Shown here: positions 17,231 to 27,229 of the stretch, piece by piece
How the letters are laid out: the number at the start of each line of letters is the position of its first letter
How positions within the stretch are numbered: the first letter of the stretch is position 1
IMG/VR virus record: IMGVR_UViG_3300032770_000002
Coordinates: 124,001-188,000 of that record
Length of the DNA stretch: 64,000 bases
Direction: 5' to 3' (one strand)
Translations under genes and position numbers: made by a program
Notes under the pieces: model-generated
The model's database searches: none
What the model saw: only the letters and a program-made list of their open reading frames with translations
What the model was told of the DNA's origin: nothing

Positions 17231-18369
17231 TTTCCAAGCTCCTCATGCTGGGCCATTTCCAATTGAGAATCGATGAGTCGGCGTGCGCTAGACTCAGATA
17301 GCAGTGACATCGTCACCTTGGACCACGCAACAAACTCATTGCTTATGACCTTGTCGAGCACGTTTATGGTAAAGTTTCCATTGTCAAGATTTTGTTTAAT
17401 CCACTCGTCAACTGGAAGTCCTGGGTGTTTTAAGATGGCCTTGACAATAGTGGCCGCTTCGTCGCCATAACGCTGCTTGACGCGTTCAAGGTATGCACCT
17501 AAAATTCGCTCCCTTCTAGACTTGAGCCGGGCTTGAACCTCACCATACTGTGCGCCGGCCATTACGTGCGGGTCGTGCCTCGGCGTGTCCGTGGCCTGTT
17601 GATAGAGGGTGTTCAGGTCCCAGACCACGCTGTTGAGAACGTCAGTCCACTTAGACTTATTCTCTTGAAGGGTCGCCTCCATCTTCAACCACGACCGGAA
17701 TTTCGGGTCAAGGATCGCCTGGTAGACTTGTTTGATGACCGGGTCGTTTTGGCTATTGTAGACCTGCTTGCAGACCCACCTAGAGTCGGTTCCAGCCGAG
17801 TTGGTGACGAGCCACTCGGCCACCTCTTGCCCACATCGCTGTGACAAGCGTTCAAGGAAGCGGCTGTAGGTGTCGTAGTTGTCCACGTCACCGTGCTTAC
17901 CATATCGCGATAGCACGTCGTGCAGGTCATCGAGCACTGGCTTCCAGTCGTCCCACACCTTTCCCATGTCTATGTCGCCAAACAACCGGCGGTGCTCAGA
18001 CTCATGCAAAGCGGCCGTCACCTTGACCCAACTCTTGAATGCCGGGTTGAGGAGCTCCTCGACCATCTTTCGGGTCTCATACTGGTGATAGCCCTGGTGG
18101 TAAAAGATCTTGTCAATGACGTGTGAGATGACCGCGCCAGACGACTCAGCTCGCGTGCCTTCAACTCCCGGGGCCATGACTTCCTCGTGACCGACAAAGA
18201 CGTGCTGGTCCAGGTAGTCGACCGTCTCTTGGCTGAGGCCGCGTGAGAGAAGCAGGTCGAGGAAGTTGCCGTAAGACTCGTCGTCGTAGGACATCGAGTC
18301 GGCCAGCTTGATTAGCCCGCGTAATACGGGCCTCAATTCAGTCCACAGTTGGTCTAGTGTGTAGGCCAC
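17227..18369 (-). CDS. modular-array protein (three tandem module A copies)
   Basis: Three repeats ending LNPAFKSW..LHES, LDPKFRSW..LQEN, ISNEFVAW..LSES. Confidence 0.8.
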   Translation of the reverse strand: MAYTLDQLWTELRPVLRGLIKLADSMSYDDESYGNFLDLLLSRGLSQETVDYLDQHVFVGHEEVMAPGVEGTRAESSGAVISHVIDKIFYHQGYHQYETRKMVEELLNPAFKSWVKVTAALHESEHRRLFGDIDMGKVWDDWKPVLDDLHDVLSRYGKHGDVDNYDTYSRFLERLSQRCGQEVAEWLVTNSAGTDSRWVCKQVYNSQNDPVIKQVYQAILDPKFRSWLKMEATLQENKSKWTDVLNSVVWDLNTLYQQATDTPRHDPHVMAGAQYGEVQARLKSRRERILGAYLERVKQRYGDEAATIVKAILKHPGLPVDEWIKQNLDNGNFTINVLDKVISNEFVAWSKVTMSLLSESSARRLIDSQLEMAQHEELGK

Positions 18370-18375
18370 GCTGGT

Positions 18376-18383
18376 CTAACTAG
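18376..18383 (-). promoter_or_regulatory. possible late-promoter motif CTAGTTAG
   Basis: 6 nt upstream of the 18369 start; same octamer upstream of 33595 and 51909. Confidence 0.3.
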
Positions 18384-18393
18384 CCCACTGCGG

Positions 18394-18999
18394 TTAGGGC
18401 TGGTTTGTGACCGTGATGCTGAGCCGAGCACGAAAGAACAGGCCTGGTGCGTTCGTAATGGCCAGCTGGTATTGGGCGGCGGGTGTCCACGTCTTCAGGT
18501 CCGAGTTGGTCTCCACGGTTGTGTTGACGTAATAGACTGCACCCGTTGAAGGTGGCGTTGGAAGCGGGGCGACATAGCTGGCTTCAGTTGAAAAGGGTGA
18601 TTCAAGGCCAGCCGACGTGTAAGCGGTGGCTGCAAAGAAGTTTGTTGACCCGGCGTCGACGGCGACGATGAAGTTTGTGGTGTTGCCCGCGTTGTAGTTG
18701 GTCGAGTAGGTCCTCGACGCTGGTCCTTGGTAAATCTTGTAGCCAACGACATCGGGTGAGACCGACGGGTTCCACGCCAGCCCAACATTGACCGCGTTGG
18801 TTAGCGGGACTCCAATTCTATTGCCCAAGGACCGTGGTATCGGAGCTACGGTCTTGGCCTTCAGGCCCGGAGGTGATGGTGGGCCTGAAGGCTTCACCAC
18901 AGTTTGCGTCTTGCACCCCACGATGAAGCCGACGGCCAAAATGAGGGTCCAAGTTGAGAGTCGCGAGTTCATAGCACTTGAAAATACACCCAGGATCAT
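18394..18999 (-). CDS. predicted lipoprotein with fibronectin type III domain
   Basis: Lipobox ...AVGFIVG-C; LAWNPS...GYKIYQG...FFAATAY...LESPFS FN3 pattern; C-terminal VETNSDLKTW...LFFRARL; start may be 18972. Confidence 0.75.
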   Translation of the reverse strand: MILGVFSSAMNSRLSTWTLILAVGFIVGCKTQTVVKPSGPPSPPGLKAKTVAPIPRSLGNRIGVPLTNAVNVGLAWNPSVSPDVVGYKIYQGPASRTYSTNYNAGNTTNFIVAVDAGSTNFFAATAYTSAGLESPFSTEASYVAPLPTPPSTGAVYYVNTTVETNSDLKTWTPAAQYQLAITNAPGLFFRARLSITVTNQP

Positions 19000-19730
19000 G
19001 GTGAAGATGTTGGAAAGTCAACACGCGTGAGTCGCTTGTAATAGACACGGACCTGTGAGATGAACAGGTTGACGTTCGTCTCCGTGTCCCCGCCGTCCCC
19101 GCCCTGGCGTTGAATTTCCCAGACAATTCCTTTGGAGGCGGCTGGCGTGTTGCCAACGGTCAATGCCGCCGTGACGCCCTCCTGTCCTTGGACCCACGCG
19201 TTTGTGCCCACGTTGTTGGTCATCCTGACCAGTGCGCCGAACGTGACGTTGGTCAGGTTGTCACCTGGGCCGAGAGCCACGGCGCGGACGGCGTAGACCA
19301 TGTTTGTCGCCAGTGAGGAGTTGGTGCCAGAGCAGACTGAAAAAATTCCAACTTTCACCGTTCCAAGGTCCCAGTCCCACGGCAGTGAGAACCGCGTGCG
19401 AATGGCGTTGGTTATGGCTATGGTCCCGTTTGTGTGCGACAAGACCATGCCGTCACCCATGTTTGTGATGCTGGCCACGCTCGCTGGGGTGATGGTCGCG
19501 GCGACACTCTCCAGGCCGTTGGTAAACCACGCCCCCATTGGAACGTCCACGGAGCTGATGATGGTCAAGTTTGTGATGGCCGGTCCACTGTTGATGTAAA
19601 GCTTCCCGCCGGTGACGTTAAACTGGGATGGCTCGACGGTGTTGATTGGGTAAGCGGCCATTAAAATGTGCGTAGTGGCCAGCATGAAGGCCAACACAAG
19701 CCCCGTGGTTGAGCGGTGAAAGTATCGCAT
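18996..19730 (-). CDS. signal-peptide-bearing, Thr-Asn-rich beta protein (virion-like)
   Basis: GLVLAFMLATTHILMAA leader; 11 TN dipeptides in 244 aa. Confidence 0.7.
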   Translation of the reverse strand: MRYFHRSTTGLVLAFMLATTHILMAAYPINTVEPSQFNVTGGKLYINSGPAITNLTIISSVDVPMGAWFTNGLESVAATITPASVASITNMGDGMVLSHTNGTIAITNAIRTRFSLPWDWDLGTVKVGIFSVCSGTNSSLATNMVYAVRAVALGPGDNLTNVTFGALVRMTNNVGTNAWVQGQEGVTAALTVGNTPAASKGIVWEIQRQGGDGGDTETNVNLFISQVRVYYKRLTRVDFPTSSP

Positions 19731-19780
19731 AAATGTGATATGTTCTATCGAGCTAAATGTCAGACATCTTAAATAGTTGA

Positions 19781-20209
19781 ATGGGCTTTGACTCACAGTC
19801 GATCTCCGACGCCGCGATTACCATCGAGCCTGACCGATACTATCTCGGCCTGTGGTTCCTTGAAATCGAGGAGAAGGGCGTCAACTTCCTCCTGACGGCG
19901 TCACGAAAACTGGACGACGCTGAGCCAGCAGACTGGGTTGTCGAGTATCGTTGGCGCGACATAAGCGACCCTGGCCCTGTGACGTGCACGTCAGGAGTTT
20001 ATCCTGCCAAGACGGCAATTGAGGTCGAGGCCGAAATTGACAGTTTGCTAAAGCACCTGACGAGCCTTGAATTTAAGGACGGCCCAAAGGGGCACCCGGA
20101 CAACCTTCGCATCTTTGACTTTTATCCCGCCCACTGTGGCGGGCGTGAATTGTCCGATCGTCTCATCGTGGCTCCAGCGGCGTGGATGTGCGAGCGGGCG
20201 GTCGAATAA
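19781..20209 (+). CDS. hypothetical protein
   Basis: 142-aa ORF. Confidence 0.65.
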   Translation: MGFDSQSISDAAITIEPDRYYLGLWFLEIEEKGVNFLLTASRKLDDAEPADWVVEYRWRDISDPGPVTCTSGVYPAKTAIEVEAEIDSLLKHLTSLEFKDGPKGHPDNLRIFDFYPAHCGGRELSDRLIVAPAAWMCERAVE

Positions 20210-20212
20210 TTT

Positions 20213-20244
20213 TTGTTTACAAAATGCGGCCAGTGTGGTATATT
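20213..20244 (+). promoter_or_regulatory. putative early sigma70-type promoter
   Basis: TTTACA (20216-20221), 17 bp, TGG-TATATT (20239-20244). Confidence 0.75.
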
Positions 20245-20251
20245 GTCACAT

Positions 20252-21376
20252 ATGATACCGCCTGATTGGGTTCCGACGGTCATTGAAGTGGATTCGCTCA
20301 ACTCCCTTGAGCGGCTCTTGACGCCGCGCCGCTATGGGACCGTGCCGGGTGGCAACTACGGAAACACCAACGTTTTTGCCCACGACCTCGCCTACTGCGT
20401 TTCATCATCGCTGGCCGCCTTTCAAAACAGCGGCAAGCTCATGTGGGGACAGACCAACACCATGCACATTGCGTTTGACTTGGCCCGCAATCGCATGCCA
20501 TATTACTTCATCGATGGCCAGCTTGCTCGGGCCATTGCCGCAACAGCCGTTCCAAAGGACATGTCATTCGGCGAGATTCAGTGGCCGCTCAACGCATTGA
20601 CGTTCGCCTATCCGCTCGATTTCATGCGTGAACTGACTGGCTACAACGTTGACATCGGATTTGTCTCAGGCGCGATCTGGCCGCACAGCGGCATCACTAA
20701 ACCGCCCATTGAAATCTGCCCTGAGTTGATCGCTTTCAGCGTTCCTGCATTCCAGGTCGACGAGCCGCGAATGGCCGTGACGTTCGTTGACCACCGTGAC
20801 TTCGTCGTCCAAAATTTCCTGGCCGCGTCTTATCATGCGTCACACGAACTTTCGTCCCCAATTTCGGACATCGACACGATTGAATACCTTCAGTGGAAAT
20901 TTAATAGCGGGCTTGAGACCACGATGAACTTGCCGGTTGCTGACGAGCAAGTCGTCAGCCGTAAAGTCGTGGCGCTCTTCATGAAGACGCTGCTTGTCAT
21001 CTCGGCCCTTGAGCCACGCTATGTCGAGCGTGAGGCGAAGCTGCGCGACCCAATCGTCAAACGCGGGGTTCACAAGCCAGCGCTGTGGCGCCCAAACTTT
21101 ATTGGGCGGGCGTTTACGCTTCCAAAGCACACGCCGGTTGGAACACACGCGACGCCCATCTACCACGTTCGTCGGCGGCACGTCGTTCGCCAGGCCATTG
21201 GCCCACGGGACAAGCTCGTCCACGTCTCGTCACTGCCGCGCAAAGCTGACGGAAGGACCGATTGGGACGCGGTCACCGACGAGCAGAAGGCCGCGTTTTG
21301 GAAGTGCCATGAGAACCGTTGGATCGAGGAACAATGGCTCGGCGTAAAGGAGGACGATGCCAATATTCCTTCTTGA
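20252..21376 (+). CDS. hypothetical phage protein with C-terminal HxRRxHxxRQxxG...WI motif
   Basis: PIYHVRRRHVVRQAIG...RWIEEQWLG; ATG 7 nt after the -10 box. Confidence 0.75.
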   Translation: MIPPDWVPTVIEVDSLNSLERLLTPRRYGTVPGGNYGNTNVFAHDLAYCVSSSLAAFQNSGKLMWGQTNTMHIAFDLARNRMPYYFIDGQLARAIAATAVPKDMSFGEIQWPLNALTFAYPLDFMRELTGYNVDIGFVSGAIWPHSGITKPPIEICPELIAFSVPAFQVDEPRMAVTFVDHRDFVVQNFLAASYHASHELSSPISDIDTIEYLQWKFNSGLETTMNLPVADEQVVSRKVVALFMKTLLVISALEPRYVEREAKLRDPIVKRGVHKPALWRPNFIGRAFTLPKHTPVGTHATPIYHVRRRHVVRQAIGPRDKLVHVSSLPRKADGRTDWDAVTDEQKAAFWKCHENRWIEEQWLGVKEDDANIPS

Positions 21377-22001
21377 TAATGACGGCTCGCGCTCTGGCTG
21401 CCTATACGAGCCACGTGTCTCGACAAACAAGTGGGTTGAGACCCTGGCGCCGAGGCGTGGCTTTAAGACGTGGCGTTACAACTTTGTCGTCACTTGTGAG
21501 GTCTTGCTCGTGGACGGCCGGTCACGTCGGTTTCGTCTTTCACGCCCGTGCGATTCGGCCACGATTCGCCATGTAGACCCAACACTTCTGACAATCATGA
21601 CCGCCAACCGGTTAAAGGACCGCGTTCCACAGTCATTGGTCACTGAGGTTGAAAAACGGGCCAAGAAGTGGATTGATGCTCAGGCGATTAGGGCGGAATA
21701 CCTTCCACCAATTGAAAGACTCTACTCCGGCGTCAAGGCCTCCATGCTGTTTCCTCGAACGGCCGATCTTCGATTTATCGTCATCAACACCGACCTTGAC
21801 AACGACGTCTCGGCCGAGTTGATGGCTTCGTTTTTAAGCCAGCCTAGGGGCGCTAACGACAAGCTCATTCGAGTCATGTCTAATGAGCAGGCCGTCACGT
21901 CGATCTACTACATCGTCACGCCAGACGAACTTGTTGAGCTCAAGCGGACGATTACAGATTGCAACCGCCAACGGGTTTCAAGTCTTCTCGACCGTTCTTA
22001 G
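21357..22001 (+). CDS. modular-array protein (D+B)
   Basis: VLLVDGRSRRF...EVEKRAKKWID; IYYIVTPDELVELKR...RVSSLLD. Confidence 0.75.
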   Translation: MPIFLLDNDGSRSGCLYEPRVSTNKWVETLAPRRGFKTWRYNFVVTCEVLLVDGRSRRFRLSRPCDSATIRHVDPTLLTIMTANRLKDRVPQSLVTEVEKRAKKWIDAQAIRAEYLPPIERLYSGVKASMLFPRTADLRFIVINTDLDNDVSAELMASFLSQPRGANDKLIRVMSNEQAVTSIYYIVTPDELVELKRTITDCNRQRVSSLLDRS

Positions 22002-22005
22002 CTTC

Positions 22006-22206
22006 ATGGGACCTCATGACGCGATTTTGCGCCGATTTGCTGAGGCCAAGCCGACTGCCATTGAGAAACTAGAGCAGATCGTGAGCTTGGCTAAAGAGGC
22101 GATGCCTGGCCTTGAGCTGCAGGACCAGCTTGACCTTTGGGCCGCGATGGCCAGCATTGATGAGATTGCTGCCCGCGCGCAGCAGAAAAGTGAGAAGGTC
22201 GAGTGA
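22006..22206 (+). CDS. small hypothetical protein
   Basis: MGPHDAILRRF...; GTGA coupling to the next gene. Confidence 0.55.
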   Translation: MGPHDAILRRFAEAKPTAIEKLEQIVSLAKEAMPGLELQDQLDLWAAMASIDEIAARAQQKSEKVE

Positions 22207-22982
22207 AGGACAACTTCAGGTGCCCAGACGACCTTTACGTCGACGTTGAGGGCGTGCTTGGTGTGCGCCCACAAAAATCGGCGCAAAACTTCGACCCACT
22301 CTCACAGGAGACACAAACTGGGTATAAAAATGTCCTCCACCGGGCGCACATTTCTTGCAAAAACCAATTGTGGTCAAGTGTGCGTAATGGTGGGCAGCCA
22401 ATTAGGTATCGCCTTGCGTGGAATTACTTGGACAACAATGAACCCGTGGCCTTTATTGATATGGTTGAGATTCGACGCATGAACTTTGTCCACAAAGACG
22501 GCACGCCTTATGACATCCGCCCACTTGAGGCCAAGTTCTTGCGGACGCAGATTGACAAGTTGCCAGAGAGTCGAGCTCAGCAGGTCATTGAGATGGCGTA
22601 TTATTCGCTCCACGATCACCCACCGAGTGAGCAGTGGGTCAAGGACAACAACGTGGACGTCGTCCTGACGAAACACGTCCCGATATGGGACATTGCGGCG
22701 ACGAACGTGCACCACCTGTTTCATGGCATGAAGTGGACTGACTCGTCACGCTACGATGCCACTGACAACCTGCTGGCGTTTCTCAACACGAAGGAGGGTG
22801 ACGAGACGTTCGTCCGAGTTCGAATCATTCACCCTGACACCCTCGCCCTTGTGAATCGAGCTGGATTATCGAGCGGGCTGACTGGCATCTACTACGTCTT
22901 GGCAAAGCCTGAACAGCTTGAAAAACTCAGGCGCGAGATGATCAAGACCCAAGGGATGAAGGTCAAGAAGGCCCTCAAGTGA
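22203..22982 (+). CDS. modular-array protein (C+B)
   Basis: HKDGTPYDIRPL and IYYVLAKPEQLEKLRR. Confidence 0.8.
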   Translation: MKDNFRCPDDLYVDVEGVLGVRPQKSAQNFDPLSQETQTGYKNVLHRAHISCKNQLWSSVRNGGQPIRYRLAWNYLDNNEPVAFIDMVEIRRMNFVHKDGTPYDIRPLEAKFLRTQIDKLPESRAQQVIEMAYYSLHDHPPSEQWVKDNNVDVVLTKHVPIWDIAATNVHHLFHGMKWTDSSRYDATDNLLAFLNTKEGDETFVRVRIIHPDTLALVNRAGLSSGLTGIYYVLAKPEQLEKLRREMIKTQGMKVKKALK

Positions 22983-23653
22983 ACGCGCGCCAGACAATTG
23001 ACGAGATGGCCCACATGATCTTGGGGCGGCGCAAGAAGCCAACTGTCACCGACATCAAGGTGGGTGTTGATGTTTATTCAACGCTTCCCGCGTTGAAGGC
23101 TTTCGCCGTGGCCGTGCTGTCAAATGGCCAGTTTAAACACTTTGAAGTTACAGAACCAACCGATGCCGATGATACAGCCATGGTCCACGCAGCTAGGGCC
23201 GTCAGCGGGGGTGATTCTTTCTATGCTACTTTTCCAATGACCCAGCTTGAGGTAAGGCTTCGCGAAAAGAACTGGGCAAAACTCCAGTCAATGCGTGAGG
23301 AAGTTGTGCGCCAGGCCAAGGCCTGGGTTTACGACAATGAGCGTGAAATCAAGTATGGAAAGCTCAAGCGCCCGCAGTCGATAAAGCTCGACTACGACGC
23401 TGCCCCGCTCGTCAAGGGATTTCGGTTCATTCGCTTCGCCAAGGGCTCACGCAAGGGGATGGACAGTGTCTTGGCTTTGACCCAAAGCGCCGCGCCAGGG
23501 GAGTCCGTGCTCAAGGTCGAAGGGAGTGACATGACCCACACGGGTCTGCGATACGTGTATTACGTCCTGCTCACCCCTGAGGAACGCCAAGAGCTTGAGC
23601 GTCGGCGCATCCAGGTTGAACGGGAGCGCATTGGAGGCATCCTCGGCCAATGA
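22979..23653 (+). CDS. modular-array protein (D+B)
   Basis: NARQTIDE leader; AVLSNGQFKHF...VVRQAKAWV; VYYVLLTPEERQELERR...RIGGILG. Confidence 0.8.
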   Translation: MNARQTIDEMAHMILGRRKKPTVTDIKVGVDVYSTLPALKAFAVAVLSNGQFKHFEVTEPTDADDTAMVHAARAVSGGDSFYATFPMTQLEVRLREKNWAKLQSMREEVVRQAKAWVYDNEREIKYGKLKRPQSIKLDYDAAPLVKGFRFIRFAKGSRKGMDSVLALTQSAAPGESVLKVEGSDMTHTGLRYVYYVLLTPEERQELERRRIQVERERIGGILGQ

Positions 23654-24426
23654 ACGCGAAGGACGTCATCGAGGCCAGGTTTAAACACCGGCCACACCCA
23701 GGCCTTTGCATCAAGGTGACGCTGAGCATTGGCAAGGCACCACCCAAGTTTAGTCAGCCATTTCACCTGATCGTTCCAGTTCCAGCCCGAGTTCCATTTG
23801 ACAGCGTTGAAGAGTGGTGGGATGGCACTGAATCGCCAGCGGGCATAGAGCTGTGGGACATGATGCAACAGCAGCTTCCAAAATTCTCAAAAAACTTGGA
23901 AAGATACGGCCTAGTAAGAAATTGGCGCTACGCCATCATGAGGAACGGGAAGAGGATCAAGTTGAAGGGCCGCTCACCGAACCTTCAACTAGAGGAGCCC
24001 TATGTCGTTGCTTATGTCCACAGGAACGGCAAGCCCTACGACATTCGCCCATTTATGCGTGACCGCGTCTCAGGCCTGCTCGGTGAGTCACGTCCACACC
24101 CTGGACTTTGTGTTCAAATCGACATTGACGTCTATCGCTATGATGCAACATCGACCGTCCATGAGCCAAAGGTAATGACGATAGTGGTGCCAGTTCCAGA
24201 CGGGGTTCCTTTCGACGACATTCAATACTGGCTTAGGCAGAAGGAAAGGCCTGGTTCATTTGTGACGTGGTGGCCATATATCGAAGCGCAACACCACATC
24301 GACAAAAACACGGTCAGCGCCATTGTTTACCCAGGTGGAATTGCCGGCTACGTTCACGCTGACGGAACACCTTACGACGTCCGCCCATTTTTCGGTGATC
24401 GCGTGAAAGGCATACTTGACAAATGA
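23650..24426 (+). CDS. modular-array protein (C+C)
   Basis: Two RPHPGLC...H(R/A)(N/D)G(K/T)PYD(I/V)RPF..DRV.G(L/I)L units. Confidence 0.85.
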   Translation: MNAKDVIEARFKHRPHPGLCIKVTLSIGKAPPKFSQPFHLIVPVPARVPFDSVEEWWDGTESPAGIELWDMMQQQLPKFSKNLERYGLVRNWRYAIMRNGKRIKLKGRSPNLQLEEPYVVAYVHRNGKPYDIRPFMRDRVSGLLGESRPHPGLCVQIDIDVYRYDATSTVHEPKVMTIVVPVPDGVPFDDIQYWLRQKERPGSFVTWWPYIEAQHHIDKNTVSAIVYPGGIAGYVHADGTPYDVRPFFGDRVKGILDK

Positions 24427-24854
24427 AGGCCAGACAACTCATTGACGCTAAGCTCAACGAGCCACACTACAACAGCCCTGAGGAAGTTCGGCTGGCCCGC
24501 GTGACGTTCAACGTCTCCATCGAGAATGTTGAGGGTGAAGTGACCCGCAAGATGGGGCCGTTTATGGTTGACGTTCACCTCGATCCTGGGGAACTTGAGG
24601 CCAAAGGGTTGACACTGGCCAGCAAGCGTTTCTGGCAAGGTAATGGGGAGTGGAGACTGTGGAAAGAGTTCAGGGGGCAGCATCAAAAGGATTATACTGT
24701 GATCGGTGCGTTGATCGCCGATCATTATCTCGTCGACGCGGACGTCGTTGACGTCAAGATCGTTGACTACTTCGGCAACCCGGTCGACCTGCAGAACGTC
24801 GCTCGTGGTTTCATCAAGGGGCAGCTTGACAAGCCAAGTGAAAACGAGGAGTAG
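24423..24854 (+). CDS. modular-array protein (divergent C)
   Basis: KARQLID leader; DYFGNPVDLQ...FIKGQLDK. Confidence 0.7.
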   Translation: MKARQLIDAKLNEPHYNSPEEVRLARVTFNVSIENVEGEVTRKMGPFMVDVHLDPGELEAKGLTLASKRFWQGNGEWRLWKEFRGQHQKDYTVIGALIADHYLVDADVVDVKIVDYFGNPVDLQNVARGFIKGQLDKPSENEE

Positions 24855-26277
24855 CCATCACATCGCTGAGGAGGACGTCCCACACCCTGGGCTGTGCGTC
24901 AAGCTCACCCTGGGCGTCGTCGTGAAGCGTCGCCTTGACTATGAGCTTGGTTATCGTGAGTGGGAAGTCTACGGGGAACAGGCCGCATCGCCAGTCATCG
25001 TGCCGATTCCAGATAATTGGCCGTGGCGAGCCGCCGATGAGTGGGTCTATGCCCTTATGGATCATGAGGTCGACCTGGTCGACATCGTCCAGAAACAGAG
25101 CCCGGAGACGTGGAAAAAGGTCGAGGAGTGGCGGTATGAACTGACTCCACGCTATGACGTCAAGGAGGAGTTTGAGGTTGTCGAGATTCTTGGGTGGTGC
25201 CACGCTGATGGCACGCCTTACGACATCCGCCCGCTTGAAGCTGGCCGAGTTCGAGACATTCTTGGCGAAGCTGAAGATGAGTGGGACCGCTGCCTTCAAG
25301 ACGCGCGCAAGCTCTACGTGGAAATAAAGAAGCTGTGGCATGAAAGTGGCTATTACCACAACAAACTTGGCGAAAAGGTTCTCAGTGACGTCGAGTTTCA
25401 CTACGGCCAGGACGTCGCCAACTGGTTGAGGTATTTTATGGGCGTCCACCCACGGCAGGTTGGGTGGACACTTCAGCGTTGGAGCCCTGAGATCATTGCC
25501 GACCACATGGACCCGGTCAATGGGCAGGAACACCCCGAAGCCTTGGCCACGCTTCGAACGCCTGAGTTCAGGCACTTTTTGAGTCGGGCCATCGCAAGGG
25601 CAAACGTCAGGTCAATGCTTGGTGGTGGCACGCTTGAGTCACTTGACGATTTTCGCCCACACCCTGACCTCCATGTCGTGGTTAAGTTACGCATCTATGG
25701 CCCGCCTTGGGCTCATGACGAGGCCACTGCTCCTGATAATCGTGGCTATAACTTGGAAGAGTGGGATGACGCCATCGTGACCGTTCCAGTTCCTGAGCAC
25801 TGTTCATTTGATGAGATTGAAAATTGGGTCTTTCAGCGCGATACGAGTGAAGGGTCGATTATGTGGTGGCACGAGTTTAAAGCCCAATCGCCTGAGGAGG
25901 CCCAGCGCATTGAAACCGAAAAAGGTTTACACTTAGGCGTGGCTGTGGTAGGGGTAATAGGGTATCAACATGGCGATGGGCGGCCATACGACATTCGCCC
26001 ATTCCTTAGGGATCGCGTCGGCAGATTGTTAAACACAGACGAAGATGTTATGTCAAATGCAAGAAAAGTCATCGATGAGTTCACGAGTGCGTCTGGCGTT
26101 CCTGGCCGTGACATGGGGCCGGCGCCGCTTGTCGCTCCACCGCCAGTGCGCCCACGCCCGACGACGCCAACGCGTCCGGCTCAGCCGACTAAACCTGGCG
26201 TGAGGCCATGGCACCCGACGCCTCGCCCTGGAGTAAACCCACGCCCCAAAGCCAGGTTTCGCAGGACCGGTGTCTAG
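24838..26277 (+). CDS. modular-array polyprotein (C+A+C plus Pro-rich tail)
   Basis: GTG 24838; PHPGLC, HADGTPYDIRPL, FHYGQDVANWL..TPEFRHF, HGDGRPYDIRPF, then MSNARKVIDE and a Pro-rich tail. Confidence 0.8.
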   Translation: MKTRSSHHIAEEDVPHPGLCVKLTLGVVVKRRLDYELGYREWEVYGEQAASPVIVPIPDNWPWRAADEWVYALMDHEVDLVDIVQKQSPETWKKVEEWRYELTPRYDVKEEFEVVEILGWCHADGTPYDIRPLEAGRVRDILGEAEDEWDRCLQDARKLYVEIKKLWHESGYYHNKLGEKVLSDVEFHYGQDVANWLRYFMGVHPRQVGWTLQRWSPEIIADHMDPVNGQEHPEALATLRTPEFRHFLSRAIARANVRSMLGGGTLESLDDFRPHPDLHVVVKLRIYGPPWAHDEATAPDNRGYNLEEWDDAIVTVPVPEHCSFDEIENWVFQRDTSEGSIMWWHEFKAQSPEEAQRIETEKGLHLGVAVVGVIGYQHGDGRPYDIRPFLRDRVGRLLNTDEDVMSNARKVIDEFTSASGVPGRDMGPAPLVAPPPVRPRPTTPTRPAQPTKPGVRPWHPTPRPGVNPRPKARFRRTGV

Positions 26278-26717
26278 TGTCTAGAATAATCAGCCACGAG
26301 ACGGCACCACCTGATAAATTCTTCAGGTGGTAAATTCCATTTTATCACATTGATGACTTTGTGAACCCACTGGACATTTCCAATAATGTAACCTTTTGAA
26401 GAATCAATACGGTCAAGAGATGCAGTATGGCCGTTGTCACTACATTGCATCCATTGTCTACTAGATTTGGCCTGTCTCCAGTGTCTAGAAAATGTCAGTT
26501 CAACTCCGGTTAAAGCACAACATTTATGCTGTTTAAGAAAAAGTTCCCAGCCATATTTAATTGTGATAGAAAACTTACGATTGGTTTTTCTGGCGGTCCG
26601 TCTTAATCCATTCCAATAAGCTAATGAAATATCGCCGTATCCTTGCCATGTTTGCCATTTCTTTGGACAACACGCTCGTCTTTGGAGTGGAGTATGACGA
26701 TATGGCGTTCGTAGCAT
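26274..26717 (-). mobile_element. HNH homing endonuclease inserted antisense in the array
   Basis: CALTGVEL...ASLDRIDSSKGYIIGNVQWVHKVIN.IK; AT-rich; opposite strand to all neighbours. Confidence 0.85.
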
Positions 26718-26732
26718 TAGGAAGAGAACTTC

Positions 26733-27212
26733 ATGGCTGAGGAACTTCCATTTGCTGTTAAGGTCGACGTGCCGGGCGAGATTGAGGGCCAGTATTTTGT
26801 CGCCCACTGCGTCGCGACGATCATGCCACGTGCGGCCTCGCCGGCACATGTGAATTCACCGACATGGGTGAATGCACCGACGTGGCCTGAGCTTAGGAAG
26901 TGGGTCGAAAATTTTTCATCCATGACCGGGTTTCCTGGCCGAATAGGCCAGATTGATTCTGTCGTGTTTGACAGCGTTCGTGACCAGTTTGCGGAAGCGG
27001 CTTCTCAACTTGGAAAGAGGTCAGGACCCCTGCCGAAAAACTACACCATCGATTGGAAAAACGCCACGTTCACGTGGCTCGATCGAAACCAAGAACCGTT
27101 TGACACGAGGCGACTTGACGGCGAGTATGTCCGCCAACAACTTGACAAGAGCCTACAACATGAAAGTTCGTCCAAGTCAGTGATTGACGATGTTTTTCGC
27201 CGTTACCGATGA
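26733..27212 (+). CDS. modular-array protein (divergent C)
   Basis: WLDRNQEPFDTRRL..YVRQQLDK; ends HES-SSKSVIDD. Confidence 0.75.
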   Translation: MAEELPFAVKVDVPGEIEGQYFVAHCVATIMPRAASPAHVNSPTWVNAPTWPELRKWVENFSSMTGFPGRIGQIDSVVFDSVRDQFAEAASQLGKRSGPLPKNYTIDWKNATFTWLDRNQEPFDTRRLDGEYVRQQLDKSLQHESSSKSVIDDVFRRYR

Positions 27213-27229
27213 AGTGGCCATTTTTGGCA

